Positions 12,230 through 24,926 of a stretch of 64,000 nt of DNA are shown here, in pieces. A program made the position numbers and the translations under genes. This DNA is from Chiloscyllium plagiosum (taxonomy: Eukaryota), in contig NC_057758.1 in the NCBI RefSeq assembly GCF_004010195.1, positions 5,216,972-5,280,971 of the forward strand. The letters run 5' to 3'. The notes under the pieces were generated by a model that worked only from the letters and a program-made list of their open reading frames with translations, searched no databases and had not been told where the DNA came from. Numbering within the stretch: the first letter of the stretch is position 1; each line of letters begins with the position of its first letter.

Positions 12230-13125
12230 AAACATTCTCTCATGGTACATGCGCATTGCATGCTCAGGTAGTATACATTCCCCATTCCTAATTGCCATTG
12301 AGAATAATGGGTGAGTTGCTGTCTTGAACAGCTGCACCCGATGTGCTATAGGTTAACCCACAATGTCCTTCGTGAGGGAATTCGAGGAATGGAATTGAAT
12401 TGAATTGAATTTATTGTGATGTGTACCGAGGCACTGTAAAATTCTTTATCTTGCGAGCAATACAGGCAGATCACGTAATTAAGTCGCATAGATAAGTAAA
12501 AAATTGGTAACCAGCGGCAAAAACAGAAACACAGGTCCATGCGAATGTTAAAGATTTGAGAGAGGATTCAGGATTCTAACAAGAGTAGGGTAGAAAAGGT
12601 TTCGACACCGGCTGGTGCTTGTGTTCAGGCTTCTGTAGGTTCTCCCCGATGCGAGCGTGTATAGAAAAACATTGACAGTTTGGGATGGATCTTTGAGAAT
12701 GCTGGCGACCTTTCCTTGACAGCGGGCCTGGTAGATGGATTCTACAGATGGGACTTCGGCCTTTGTGATTGTCTGGACTAAGTATACCACACTCTGTAAA
12801 CCAGCGACACTGAAGGAATGGCTGATATATTTCCAAGTCAGAATGATGAGTGTCTTGGAGGGGAGCTTGAAGTGGATGACGTTCCCATGTATCTGGTTCC
12901 CTTATCATCCTAGGTGGAAGAGGTCATGAATTTGGAAGTTACTGTCGGAGAATCATTCATGACTTTCTGCAGTACATCTTGTGCGTAGTACCCACTGTTG
13001 CTTCTGAGTGTCAATGGTGGAGGGAGTGGATATGGTGCTAATTGAGCAGGCCTGGTCGGTGTCAAGCGTTTTAAATGTTGTCGGAGCAGCAACCGTCCAG
13101 GCAAGTGGGACACCACACTCCAGAG
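12230..13125 (-). mobile_element. L2/CR1-clade LINE 3' fragment with a nested Rex1/Babar-type LINE 3' end (about 12392-12798); mirror at about 60810-61700
   Basis: Insert encodes PSVESIYQARC..K..SILKDPS...L.SGR.YRSL.T.TSR.RN.FYP and has a (CAATT)n tail; flanks are the common shark LINE 3' end. Confidence 0.75.
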
Positions 13126-13334
13126 ACGCAACAGCAAGACACAAACATCTGTGACCTGTGTTTCTCTGTTACTCCCCTGGCTCTTTCTATTTCCCCTGCT
13201 GTCTCTCAATCACAAAGTGCCTTGACTCTCTCTCTCTCTCGCACAAAAACACACGCACACACACAGACACACCATTTCTATCCTTCCACTCTCTGCCTGT
13301 CTTGAGCTCTCTGACAGTCCCTCTCTCTCGATAA

Positions 13335-14085
13335 ATGGGAGGTATTGCACAAACAAGGATAGGTCTCATACAATTCATGGGTAGGGCCTTGGGTCGTGTT
13401 TTTGAACAGAGGGACCTTGGAGGCCAGGTACATAATTCTTTAAAGTTTGTGCCACACTTGGACAGGATGGTTAAAACGTTTTTGGCACACTTTCCTTTAT
13501 TGCTAAGTCCTTTGAGTATAGGAGTTGCGATTCCCATAAATGTTGAGATTGTACAGGATATTAGTGAGGCCTATTCTGGAATAGTCTGTCCAGTTCTGGT
13601 CGCCCAGTTATTGGAAGGATATTATCACACTAGAGATGGTTCAGAAGATAATTACCAGGGTTCTGCCAGGTACGGAACGTTTGAGTTAAAACGAAAAGCT
13701 TGATAGTGCTGGGACATTTTTCACTCGAACATAGGAGGTTGAGAGGATACCTGACACAAAACAATGAAGGATATAGGTGTAGTTGATGGTAGTTATCTTT
13801 TCCTTAAATGGGGAATTTCAAGACTGGGAGCACATTGTTAAAGTTGGAGGTGAGAGATGTATAAAATACATCAGAGGCAACTTTTCTTTATACAGAGAAA
13901 ACTTTCTAATGAAATGGTACAAGTAGGTACAATGACAAACTTTAAAAGACCTTTGGGTGGATATATGACTAGGAAAGGTTTGGAGGGATATGAGCCAGGA
14001 GCAGGCAGCTCAGACTCGTTTAAAGTCGGATTATTATCAGGATGTAATAGGTGGAACAATGGTCTGTTTCCATCCTATAAAACTC
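13335..14085 (+). mobile_element. CR1 LINE 3' fragment (mirror about 59935-60600)
   Basis: EQRDLG.QVHNSLK and CR1 3' motifs. Confidence 0.85.
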
Positions 14086-14434
14086 TCAGTCTCTCTGTCC
14101 ATCTCTCTCTTTCAATACCTGCATTTCTGTCTCATGTCTCTCTCTCTCTCTCTCTATCCCCCAGGGAACAACAGTGCCAGTGTTGTTCTGACAGGGATCT
14201 CAAAAGTCCAGATACCACCATCGCTGCTTCCTTGCCTGAGCAGACCTGGGCTGGAGTCCAGATCCCCAGGTTGCATGCGTACTCATTTCTCATTGGCAAA
14301 GGCTGGAGCACGGGGTCTAGGGTGAAATGAAGCAGTGAATCCCGGACTGTTACATAATACAGCTCATTACACATGGAGCGTCTGTATATGAAAACACAGC
14401 AAACAGGTACCAGCAAAACCTACTGGTTTGTGAT

Positions 14435-14832
14435 CTGGAGCATCGGAGGCTGAGGGGTGACCTATCCAGATTTACAAAATTATGAGGGGCATGGAGAGCA
14501 TAAATAGACAAAGTCTTTTTCCTGGGATGGGGGAGTCCGAAATTAGAGGGTATAGGTTTAGGGTGAGGGGGGGGAAGATACAAAAGAGACCTAAAGGGCA
14601 ACGTTTTCACGCAGATGGTGGTACGTGTATGGAATGAGCTGCCAGAGAAGCGGTGAAGGCTAATACAATTGTAACATTTAAGAGGCATTTGGATGGGTAT
14701 ATGAATAGGAAGGGATTGGAGGGATATGGGCCGGGTGTTGGCAGGTGGGACTAGATTGTGTTGGGATATCTCATCAGCCTGGACGAGTTGGGCTTAAGGG
14801 TCTGTTTCCATGCTGTACATCTCTATGACTCT
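14435..14832 (+). mobile_element. CR1 LINE 3' end (mirror about 59185-59580)
   Basis: RRLRGDL..VWNELP motifs, ending CTCTATGACTCT. Confidence 0.9.
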
Positions 14833-14927
14833 ATTTCTCTCACTGCCTATCCCCAATCTGTTTCAATCACTAAGTCTCTCTCTCTCTCTGTTGCTGTCAC
14901 TATTTCAAACCTTCACTCGTTGTCTGT

Positions 14928-15589
14928 TGTTATGAAATTGAAGGCATGTGCTGTATCTTTAAGAGAGAGATAATGTTGTTCTGAACCGAGAGCTTGTAAG
15001 CATCTGTCGAAATGATTAGGTGGCAGTGCCAGAGTGTACCGGAAAATTGAAAATATATAATTTTTGGCTGTGACATGGAAACCTGAATTTTGGTTGCTGT
15101 TTTGACAACAATTCGAATTTAACCAAAAAGTTTAAAGTCTCCCCCAGGATACTAAAATCCAATTGAGTTTGAATTCATTGTTTTGCCAACATTGATCCAA
15201 TGAGATGATCCGATGCATTTCCATGTGAAACATAAAAAGAGGATGACTGAGGGAGACGCTCAGCCAATAGAAGATAGACACGAAAGAAGACAGTCGCTTT
15301 GTTGTCTTGAAATTAAGTTGATGTATTTTAATTAAGTACCTTATTGGAACACTATATAGTTTTACAGTTGGAGCCAGACAGTAAGTAGTTAAAAGAAGTG
15401 GGGTGGTTAGAGTTATGAATAATCATTTATTGTTCACTTTTTGAGTTGAAAAATAGATTGATGTTACTTTCTTTAAATAGTGGAATTTAGAAGTTCTCTG
15501 TCACTCCTATTTTAACAGATTATGAAGCGAGAAAAGCGTTTCATGTTGTTTGGTTTAAATAACAGAAGGGTTCACCTCTGTTCGTAACA
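14928..15589 (+). mobile_element. Solo LTR with 4-bp target-site duplication
   Basis: Termini TGTTATGAA...TTCGTAACA; CTGT on both flanks. Confidence 0.88.
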
Positions 15590-15768
15590 CTGTCTTGATC
15601 ATTGTCACCGTACGTCTTCCTTTTTTCTCTCTGCCCTTCTCTCTCTCTCTCTCTCAATAGTTGTCTTTTTTTCTCTCTCTCCCTTCGCTTTCTGTCTCAC
15701 AGTCTGTCACTGTTCTCTCACTATGTGGATCACGACCTCTTTCTGTGTCTCACATGTTCTGTCCACCT

Positions 15769-16340
15769 TATTTGTTCTCTCTGTTTCATCGCCCCCGTTG
15801 AGTAAATTGATCTATCTGCAGCAATGTCACCATCTGTCACTTTTTGTTTCATTAGCCGTCCAGATGCAGTGGTCCCAGGTCCAAGAGAGGGGAAAGGACA
15901 GTATTTCTAGTGTACCGTAACCCCGGTCCCCAAGTGGGAGAAGAAGAGTGTGTCTAACACGTTGTGAACCTATTTGTTCTCTCTGTTTCATAGTCTCCGT
16001 TGAGTAAATTGATCTATCTGCAGCAATGTCACCATCTGTCACTTTTTCTGTTTCATTAGCCGTCCAGATGCAGTGGTCCCAGGTCCAAGAGAGGGGAAAG
16101 GACAGTATTTCTAGTGTACCGTAACCCCGGTCCCCAAATGGGAGAAGAACAGTGTGTCTAACACATTGTGAACCCCGGTCCCAGAGTAGGGACAGTGTAT
16201 CTAATGCACCATGGCCCCAGTCGCAGAGTGGGGAAAGGATAATGTATTTAATGCATTTTGATCCGCAGTCCTAGAGCGGGGCATTTTATGTAATGCAGCA
16301 TGACGTCTATTTCCAGATGACGGAAAGGACAGTGTAATTC
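15769..16340. repeat. ~202-bp near-perfect tandem duplication (15769-16173) overlapping a degenerate ~45-bp minisatellite
   Basis: 15769-15970 is repeated at 15971-16173; single copy in the right arm (about 58045-58240). Confidence 0.9.
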
Positions 16341-18418
16341 ACTATGAATGTTGTTTCTGTTTTTTCAAATGTCAAATATGGACTCAATGAATGAGACCCT
16401 TGGGAGATCTTACAATCTGTCAGTAGGATTAGATAATGAAGCCATCTTTCTTCTTGACCTCAATCTTATTACATCTCAAAGAACAATATAGCACAGGAAC
16501 AGGCCCTTCAAGCCTGCACCGCCACATTTTTCTCTCCCTTACTAAAGCTGTCTTCTCTTACAGGATCAGTATCCCTCCACTCCCAGTTATGCTTTCACCC
16601 AGGTACTTGTTGATTCATAAAAGTGCTTCAATCACCTCCTCTGGCAATGTGTTCCACTCCTCACCCCTGATGTCAAAACATCGACTTGCGCATCTCTTTT
16701 GAACTTCCTCTTATCACACCTTGAACCTGCGTCCCCGAGTAATTGACGCCTCTCCCCTGGGAAAAAGCCTCATACATTCCACTCTATCACGCCACTCACA
16801 ATCCTGAAAATTTCTCTTAGGTCGTCCCTGAACCTCCTATAATCGAGTGAAAACATACCCAGTTCAGGCAACCTTTCTTCAAAGCTCCAATCTTTCACAC
16901 TCGGCAACATCCTGGTAAACCTTTAGTGCACCCTTTCCAAAGGATCCACATCCTGGTAGTATGGTGACCAGAATTGGGAGCATCATTCCACGTCTGGCCG
17001 AACTAAAGTTCTATAAAGCTACAGCATAGTTTCCCTACTCTTACACTCAATGCGCCTTGCACTGAAATCAAGCATGCCATATACCTTTTTTACTGCCGAA
17101 TCTATCTGCACTGCTACCTTCAGTGATCTGTGGACCTGCACACTCAGAGCCCCCTGCATGTCAATACTCTTAAGGGTTCTGTCATTCACTGGATAATTTC
17201 CACCTGTAGGTGGCCTTACAAGATACATCACATCACATTTGGCAGATTAAACGTCATCTGCCATTTTTATGCCCACGCCTCCAACTGATGAACATCCTGC
17301 TGCATCTTCTGACAATCCTCCTCACTATCCGCAACTCCACTGACATTTGTATCATCCACAAACTTACTAAACAGATCAGTTACATTTCCCTCCAAATCAT
17401 TAACTTGATCACGAATAGCTGAGGTCCCAGCACTGATCCCGATGGAACACCACTAATCATAGAGTCATAGAGATATGCAGCACAGAAACAGACCCTTCGG
17501 TCCAACTTGTCCATGCTGACCTGATATTCCAACCCAATCTAGTCCGACCTGCCAACACCCGACCACTATCACTCCAAGATTAGAGTGTTGATGGAAAAAC
17601 ACAACCCCACTCTAATCTTGACTCAAATCTCCAGCATTTTCAGTACCCACTTCTGCCATATTCCTACAAACCCTTCTTATTCGTTAAACCATCCAAATGC
17701 CTTTTAAATGCTGTCACGAACCAGCCTCCACTACTTCCTCTGGCAGCTCATTCCACATACGCGCCACATTCTGTGTGAAAAGTTGCCCCTGAGATCTCTT
17801 TTGTATCTTTCCCCTCTCATCGTAAACCTATGCCTTCTAATTCTGGACTCCCCGACTCCAGGGGAAAAAAGAACGTTGTCTATTTATCCTATCCATGCCC
17901 CTCATGGTTTTATAAACCTCTATAAGTTCACGACCATCCATTCCGAAAAGAACCTTCCCCAGCTACCTTCTGTCTCCTATGACTGTGCCAGTTCTGCATG
18001 TGCCTTGCCAGCTCTCCCTAATCCCAAGTGACTTCCCCTTTTTGACAATCTGCCATGGGGGATCTTGTCAAGGGCTTTACTGAAGTCCATGTGGACAACA
18101 TCAACTGCTTTTCCCTGATCAATCATCTTCGTTACCTCCTCAAAAAACCCGATCGATTTTGTGTTGCATGACCTCCCCTGCACAAAACCATGATGTCTAT
18201 CTCTATCCAGTTTGGTTACTTCGAAAAACATATAGACCGTGCCCCAGAGAATCTTTCCCAATAATTCGCCTCCCATCGATGTGAGACACATAGGGTGTAA
18301 GTTCTTAGTTTATCCTTGCGGTCCTTCTTACATGGTGGGACGATGTGAGTAGTTAGTTTTGGACTAGAGTGGACAATGTTAAAAATCACACAACACCAAC
18401 AACAGGTTTAATTGGAAG

Positions 18419-18453
18419 CACTAGCTTTCAGAGCGTTGCTCCTTCATCAGGTG
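18419..18453 (-). ncRNA. Minimal type I hammerhead ribozyme motif in a Penelope terminus (host fragment about 18360-18763)
   Basis: CAC-CUGAUGA-A-GGAGC-AAC-GCUCU-GAAA-G-CUA-GUG. Confidence 0.7.
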
Positions 18454-19292
18454 GTTGTGGAGTAAAAGATCATAAGACACAGAACTTATGAAATGTCATA
18501 AAACATTGAACAAACCTGGATTGCTAAGTCTTTCATAGTTTAGAATGATTTGCAAATTTCAGTTCATTAATATGTAAATCCCAGAACTTCTTTTAGTCAC
18601 CTTCTCGAGATAACTTTAGGTTTTGTAACAAATGGTGACATCTCAGCTCAAACAATGCATCAAAGATGTAAGGTCAAAGTCTGCATGTATCCCAATCCTG
18701 AGTCAGACTGGTTCTATTTCCAAAGTAGAATTTATGAAATATCACATGTATTAACTGCCTGTATAGGCCGTGAGTTATTCAGCAGTCCTCTGGGACATCA
18801 CCTATGGCCAAAGAGGATAAAACGATGTCTGCCAATGCTCCAATAATTTGTTTTCTTGCCTCCCTCAATATTCTGGGACAGATCCCATCAGGACCTGGGG
18901 CTTTGTCTACTATAATATGTTTTAAAATGCAAAACACCTCTTCCTTTTTAACAGTAACTTGGCTGAGAAATTCCCCATTCCCCTCCCTGAGATCATCACC
19001 CACCAATTCCTTTTCCTTGATGTGTACCGACATAATTTATTCATTTGGGCCTCACCTACCTCTTCTGACTCTACACATAATTTCATTCCTTTATCCTTGA
19101 GTGGGTGACCTCTTGCCCTGGTTACGTTCTTGCATTTCTTTTAAAAAGCCTTGGGATTCTTCTTAATCCTGTTTACTAATTGCTTTTCACGACCCATTTT
19201 AGCCCTTTTAATTCCTTGAATAATTTCTTTCCTAATTTCCTTCTTTGCTTCTAGAGCTTTGGCATGTCCCATCCTCCTAAACCTTAGGAAGT

Positions 19293-19743
19293 GAAAAATC
19301 ACACAACACCAGATTATAGTCCAACAGGTTTATTTGGAAGCACAAGTTTTCTGCGCACTGCTCCTTCATCAGGTGATTGTGGAGAATAAGATCGAAGGAC
19401 AAAGAATTTATTGCTAAAGTTTGCAGTGTGATTTAACTGAAATTATTTATTGAATAAGACTTGGATTGTTTGTTCAGTCTGTCATCTTTTATAATGGACA
19501 TGTTGGTTTTAGTTCTTTCATATGTAAATCCCAGAACTTTCTTGAAGTTATATTCTCAAATGAACTTTATCATGTTGGTCCAGATAATACATTGAAGGTG
19601 TAAGGATCCACCTGTGAGGCTGTCTGTGCCCCAGTGATCAGACTGACACTAATATAAAAAAGCGATCTCCAGAATCTTACATGGGTTTAAGCCGTTTTTG
19701 GTCAAAATAAAATGAAATTCTGCAAGTGCAAGTTCACCCCGCA

Positions 19744-19793
<50 letters not shown>

Positions 19794-20977
19794 GTGGGTC
19801 ACCTGTAGTGTGACATGAATCCAAGGTTCCAGTTAAGGCCATCTCCATTGGTACCGAATTTGGCTGTAAGCCTGTGCTCGGCCACGTTTCATTGTTGCCT
19901 GTCCCGAAGTCTTCCTTTGAGGATGGTCACCCGAAGGTCTGTGATCGAATGTCCCAGACCGCTGAAGTATTCTCCGACTGGAAGGGAACACTCCTGTCTG
20001 TTGATTGCTGTCTGGTTCCCATTCATCCATTGCCGTAGCCTCTGCTTGGTCTCACCAATGTACCATGCCTCAGGGCATCCTTGCCTGCCTTGCCTGGGAT
20101 GAAATAGACAATGTTGGCGGAGTCACATTATTACCTGGCACATACTCAGGGGAATGGCCTCAACCGGGAACGTGGGTTCATCTCACCCGACAGGTGACCT
20201 CACTGCACTACACACACACACAAACAAACACACACACACACGCACACACACAATCACACACACACTATCACAGATAGACACTACTAAAGACACGCCTGCA
20301 GACTCATACACTCACGCATACACTCTCTTATAAGCTCACACATATGCTCCCACCCTCTCATAAGCACGCTATCTCCGACTTATTCCCCGTTACACTCACG
20401 CACACACATACACTTATACACAGTCTCTCACAGACAATCATAACCCCTCTCCACCCACTCCCACACCACATGCACGCACGCACATATAAGTTTGTGGGGT
20501 GAATTTGTCCTGGAGGAATTACCTTTTATTTTGCTCAAAAACAGCTTAAACCCATGTAGGATTCTGTAAATTCCTTTTTAAGGTTAGAATCAGTCTGAAC
20601 ACTGGGGCACAGACAGTCTCACACAGGACACCTCCCACCTTCATTGCATTATCTGAGCCAACATGGCAGCGAGAGTTAAAGTTCACTTGAGAATGTAACT
20701 TTAAGAAAGTTCTTGAATTTACATATGAAAGAACAGACACCAACATGCCCATTCTAAAAGATGAAAGATTTAACAATGCAGGTCTCTTTCAATATATAAG
20801 CCCAGTTACATCACGCTGTAAACTTTTGCTATAAGATCTGTGTCCTACGATCTTATATCCCACAACTAGCTGATAAAGGAGCAGTGCGCAGAAGCTAATG
20901 CTACCAATTAAACCTGTTGGACTATTATAAGCTTTTTAACTTTATACACCACTGTCCAACACTGGCATCTCCAAATA
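19293..20977 (-). mobile_element. Penelope-like element with GIY-YIG remnant and inverted terminal copies (mirror about 53210-54905)
   Basis: Minus strand 19800-20135 encodes QGCPEAWYIGETKQRLRQ.MNG...LPVGE.FS...E.RL.AKFGT..DGLN; 19293-19800 and 20170-20977 are inverted copies with (CA)n tracts. Confidence 0.9.
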
Positions 20978-21852
20978 CAAACTGAGGAAGGCCTTTCTTT
21001 CTCTTTCTGGCCATTGTCTTAACATCCCTGGCCATCTGAGGTTCACGTATCGTGCGATATGCATCCCTCATTCACCCAGGAACGTGCTGCTCCAGAACTA
21101 TTATCAACTGCTGTTTGAAATGCTCCCACATGTCTGATGTAGATTTACCCTCAAACAGCCCCCTCCGATCAATACTCTCCAGCTCCTGCTTTGTTGCAGT
21201 TCCCGTTCACCTAATTTAAGGCCTTCACCTGAGGGCTGCTTATCCTCGAGCTTCTTAAAACTCACGGTATTACGGTCACTACTCCCGAACAGCCCGCTCA
21301 CTGAAACTTCACTCACCTGGCCGGGCTCACTTCGCAAAACTAGCTCCCATATAATCCCTTCTCTGGTCGGACTGTTTACATATCGTGTCAAGAATCCCTC
21401 TTGAATGATCCTTACAAATTCTGCACCATCCAAGCCCCAAGCACATAGTGAGCCCCAGTAAATATACGGGAAACGAAAATCACCCAAAACAGCAACCCTG
21501 CTATTGTTACGTCTTTCCAAGACCTTTCTACATGTTCTCTCCTCTGTCTCCCGCTGGCTGTTGGGTAGCCTGTCGTACAGTATTGTGCTTTCATCTTTCC
21601 TATTCCTGAGTTTTAAGCGATTAATCTCTGCCCTTGATCATTTATATTATTCCTGTAATTGTTGTTTTTCCAGGAATTAAATCCTCCTCCCATCTTGAGA
21701 TGCACAGGAACAACTCGCATTTCTCCATCCACGGCCCAGCACTGATTTTCCAAATTTCACCCAGTGTGGGATGTTCGAGCCCCATGTTGGGAAATGTGGG
21801 CCTCAGCCTCCATCTTGGACCTAGTTCTGAATTTAACAATTCCACCCAATGT

Positions 21853-22179
21853 CGCATGACGGCTCAGTGGTGAGGTGGCGCGGTGGTTAACACTGCTACC
21901 TTCAAAGCGCCAGGAAGCCAAGTTTGATTCCAACTTCAGGTGCCTGTCTTTGTGGGGGTTTCATGTTCGCCCTGTGTCTGCGTGGGATTGGTCCGGGTTC
22001 TTCCCCAGTTCAAAGATATGGAGAGTATGTGAACTGTTCACAGATTTCAGGTGCATTAGTCACATTAAATATAGAGTAAGAGGCGACCGGCATGGGTCTG
22101 CGTGAGATATTGTTCAGAGAATCAGTGTAGACTCTTTAGGCCGAAGGATCTGTTTCCTCCCAAAAGGATTCTATGATTT
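21853..22179 (+). mobile_element. tRNA-derived SINE flanked by AATGT direct repeats (mirror about 52011-52345)
   Basis: A/B-box-like GGCTCAGTGG and GTTTGATTCC; ATTCTATG tail. Confidence 0.8.
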
Positions 22180-23219
22180 AATGTTGGAATTTTGGAGCCC
22201 CATGCAGAGAAACGTAGGCCTCAGGCTCCATTACAGGTATAGCAAAGAATTCAATAATTCCACCCAATGTGGGACTTCTGGAGACCCAGACTATGAAATT
22301 TAGGAGCAGGAGCAGGGTCAGTCTCAGGCCAGTGCTTGCTGATCCTTCACCAGATCTGGGACTGAGAGGCCCCACAAACATGTTGTGCATAGCACGGAAT
22401 TTCCAGCTTCCATCTTGCCTTAATACTGCAGAGATTACCAATCTCATTCCTAGCCAAAAGTAGCAAAACCCTGTAATACTTGGAAATAAACAGACCGATC
22501 CTCTGCTTTGAAGTCGACCAGTTAACCCAGATCACTATGCCTCATCCGCCAGTTTTCCTGACTTTTTCTTCTGGAACTGAGCAAAACCCACAATGTAAGC
22601 AAACATAACCTTAGGCTTCGTCTTGGGCCTAGAGTTAGTTGATCTGATGGAATAATGTGAAACGAAGGTTCTTCACCCTCCCAGCAAGATCCAGGTGTAC
22701 ACAGAGCAGGAGAGTCCCAGGCTCTATTCTGGGGCACATTCCTACACTGATCTCACGCTCGATGATCTGGAATGAATCGAGAAGCACAGTGTGGGAACAT
22801 TTCGCCCTAGAATCCAGATTCTGAGCCAGGTATTTACTGTTGATCGAGGGCGAGTTTAACCCCACAGATCAGGGTTATGTAGCCCAGGTTGAATCGTGGG
22901 CTGAACGCTGGATTATCCAATTTCATTCCCGGTGTCAGATGAGTGATCATCTCCACCAGCCATACACCCAGAGCAGGGAAATAAAAGCTAAAGCTGTATA
23001 ATTGGCCACGTCAGCCAATGTGATTCATGGTGGTGGAATAAATGAACCAAATCCCACTCCCACCCGGGCCATGATGCAGGTCCAGGTTGCATCTCCCTCC
23101 GAGTGCTGAGTTAGTCAACTAGCCAATATCTCCACAATGCAGGAATACTTCGGCTCAGGATGCCTCAAGGAACTCGAGCTGGGTTAGCCAATTTCATACC
23201 CAATTATGGACTTAGAAAA

Positions 23220-23876
23220 TAGAACATCGAACAATACAGTGCAGAACAGGCCCTTTTACCCTCAATGTTGCGCCGACCTGTGATCTATTCTCAGCTCACC
23301 CCCCTACACGACCCCAAAATCATCCATGTGTTTATCCAAGAATTGTTTAAATTTCCCCAATGTGGCAGAGTTGACGACATTGGCAGACAGGGCATTCCAC
23401 GCCCTTACCACTCTCTGCTTTAAGAACTTGCCTCTGACATCTGTCTTAAATCTATCGCCCCTCAATTTGTAGTTATGCCCTCTCGTACAAGCTGACGTCA
23501 TTAGCTTAAGAAAAGACTTTCACTGTTTACCCTATGTAATACTCGATCATCTTGTATATCTCTATCAAATCCCCTCTTAGCCTTCTCCTTTCCAAAGGGA
23601 ACAGACCTAAGTCCCTCAGCCTTTCCTCATAAGACCTTCCCTCCAGCCCAAGTAACATCCTGGGAAATCTGCTTTGCATCTTTTTCCAATGCTTCCACAT
23701 CCTTCCCGAAATTTGGCAACCAGAACTGTACACAATATTCCAAGTGCAGCCGCACTAGCATTTTGCGTAATTGCAGCATGACAATGCGGCTCTGGAACTC
23801 AATCCCTCTACCAATGAAAACCTAACACACCGTATGCCTTTGTAACAACACTATCAACCTGGGTGGCAACTTTCAG
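23220..23876 (-). mobile_element. CR1 LINE 3' fragment (mirror about 50326-50985)
   Basis: SYEERLRDLGLF.LERRRLRGDLI; TRGHNYKL; AWNAL. Confidence 0.92.
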
Positions 23877-24926
23877 TGATATAACGTGGTGATTTAATGC
23901 AGGGAAATATTGGACCAGACTGTATAACAGTCCTAGTGCTGCCTGAGCCAATCCGAGCGCAGGCTGATTGAGTAGCTCAGTGCAGGAAAATTGACGCTCA
24001 TGCTCCATTTTGGAATTGCTTCACCAATCACGTGCATCTGTGATTGAGGCCGCGACGTGGCCTACTTGGCATGGTGGACCACGACGGTGCCACGGGTGAG
24101 AGCAGCCTCCCCAGCCCTGAGACCTATCATCCTTCCTTCCCAGCAGACGGATCAGCAGGAGTCGCTAACGGCCCTTCAGGGTCCCCAGATGCCCACCTCC
24201 AGCTACCCACAAGCCCAGCCCTGACAATGACACCGATGGTTGGGAGCCCGCCCGGTGTCAGCATCGTGCCCCCTGTTGTCCTTTGGCTGCCCTTCTGCAC
24301 CGTGTCCTGGGTGAGTGGGGGGAGCTGAACAAGATCCGGCACAACCTCCACCAGCAGCTGCAGTGAACCATCACAGGCTTCCAGGGCCTGGATGCCGAAC
24401 TCAAATGCGTCGTGACCTCGCTGCGCTTGGCCTCCAGCAAGCAGCTAGGCACCAGGTAGCACCAGGAACTCTCCGTCCCTTCCTCGGGCATGGCACACTG
24501 GGGGGGGGGGGGCATGTCAATTGCTACTACATCATCACCCATTGGATGGGCCGGGGTATCAAGGATCTGGAGAGACTGAAGCGTGAGGCCTAGCTCCTAG
24601 TCATCAACTGGAACAATCACAATGCGTAAAGGTGGCCAAAAGGCCTGGGCCGAGCTCTTAGTAATTCATAAGAAGAATTTGCATGAATGAAAAGCCTATG
24701 GCCTAGCACTTTGGACCAGTAGGCAAAATTAGCAAGAGTCTTTTAAAGTTGAGATTTTATTTGGCCCAGGGAATCTCTTGTGGACTCAGATCTATAAAGA
24801 CCCTCTCTCAGTTCGTCCTGGGGTTCGTACTCTTTGGATGCCTGTAATAAAAAAAAAAACTCTTATAAACAGTTCAGTTTAATTTTAGTCATTCCCTTTT
24901 GGACCAAGACTATCGCTGTTACAACA
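23877..24926 (+). mobile_element. Unclassified ~1.05-kb LTR-like segment containing a decayed GC-rich ORF
   Basis: Termini TGATATAAC...GTTACAACA; TATAAA at 24793 and AATAAA at 24846; CCAAT boxes at about 23950-24030. No TSD or clear PBS seen. Confidence 0.55.

Larger units (their letters stand above)
16475..21635 (-). mobile_element. Long decayed CR1 LINE with nested CR1 and Penelope insertions (mirror about 52555-57735)
   Basis: APE-region GDF.FPYI.W and SD.NTVSF; DKAPGPDGI.PRILRE; HGFVQGRSC and DVVHMDFSKA.DK; KFADD and GVP.GSVLGP seen in the mirror copy. Confidence 0.9.

Noticed and set aside
13100..16400. Ig/TCR V, D or J segments with recombination signals
   Set aside because: I found no heptamer-spacer-nonamer pairs and no intact V or J frame.
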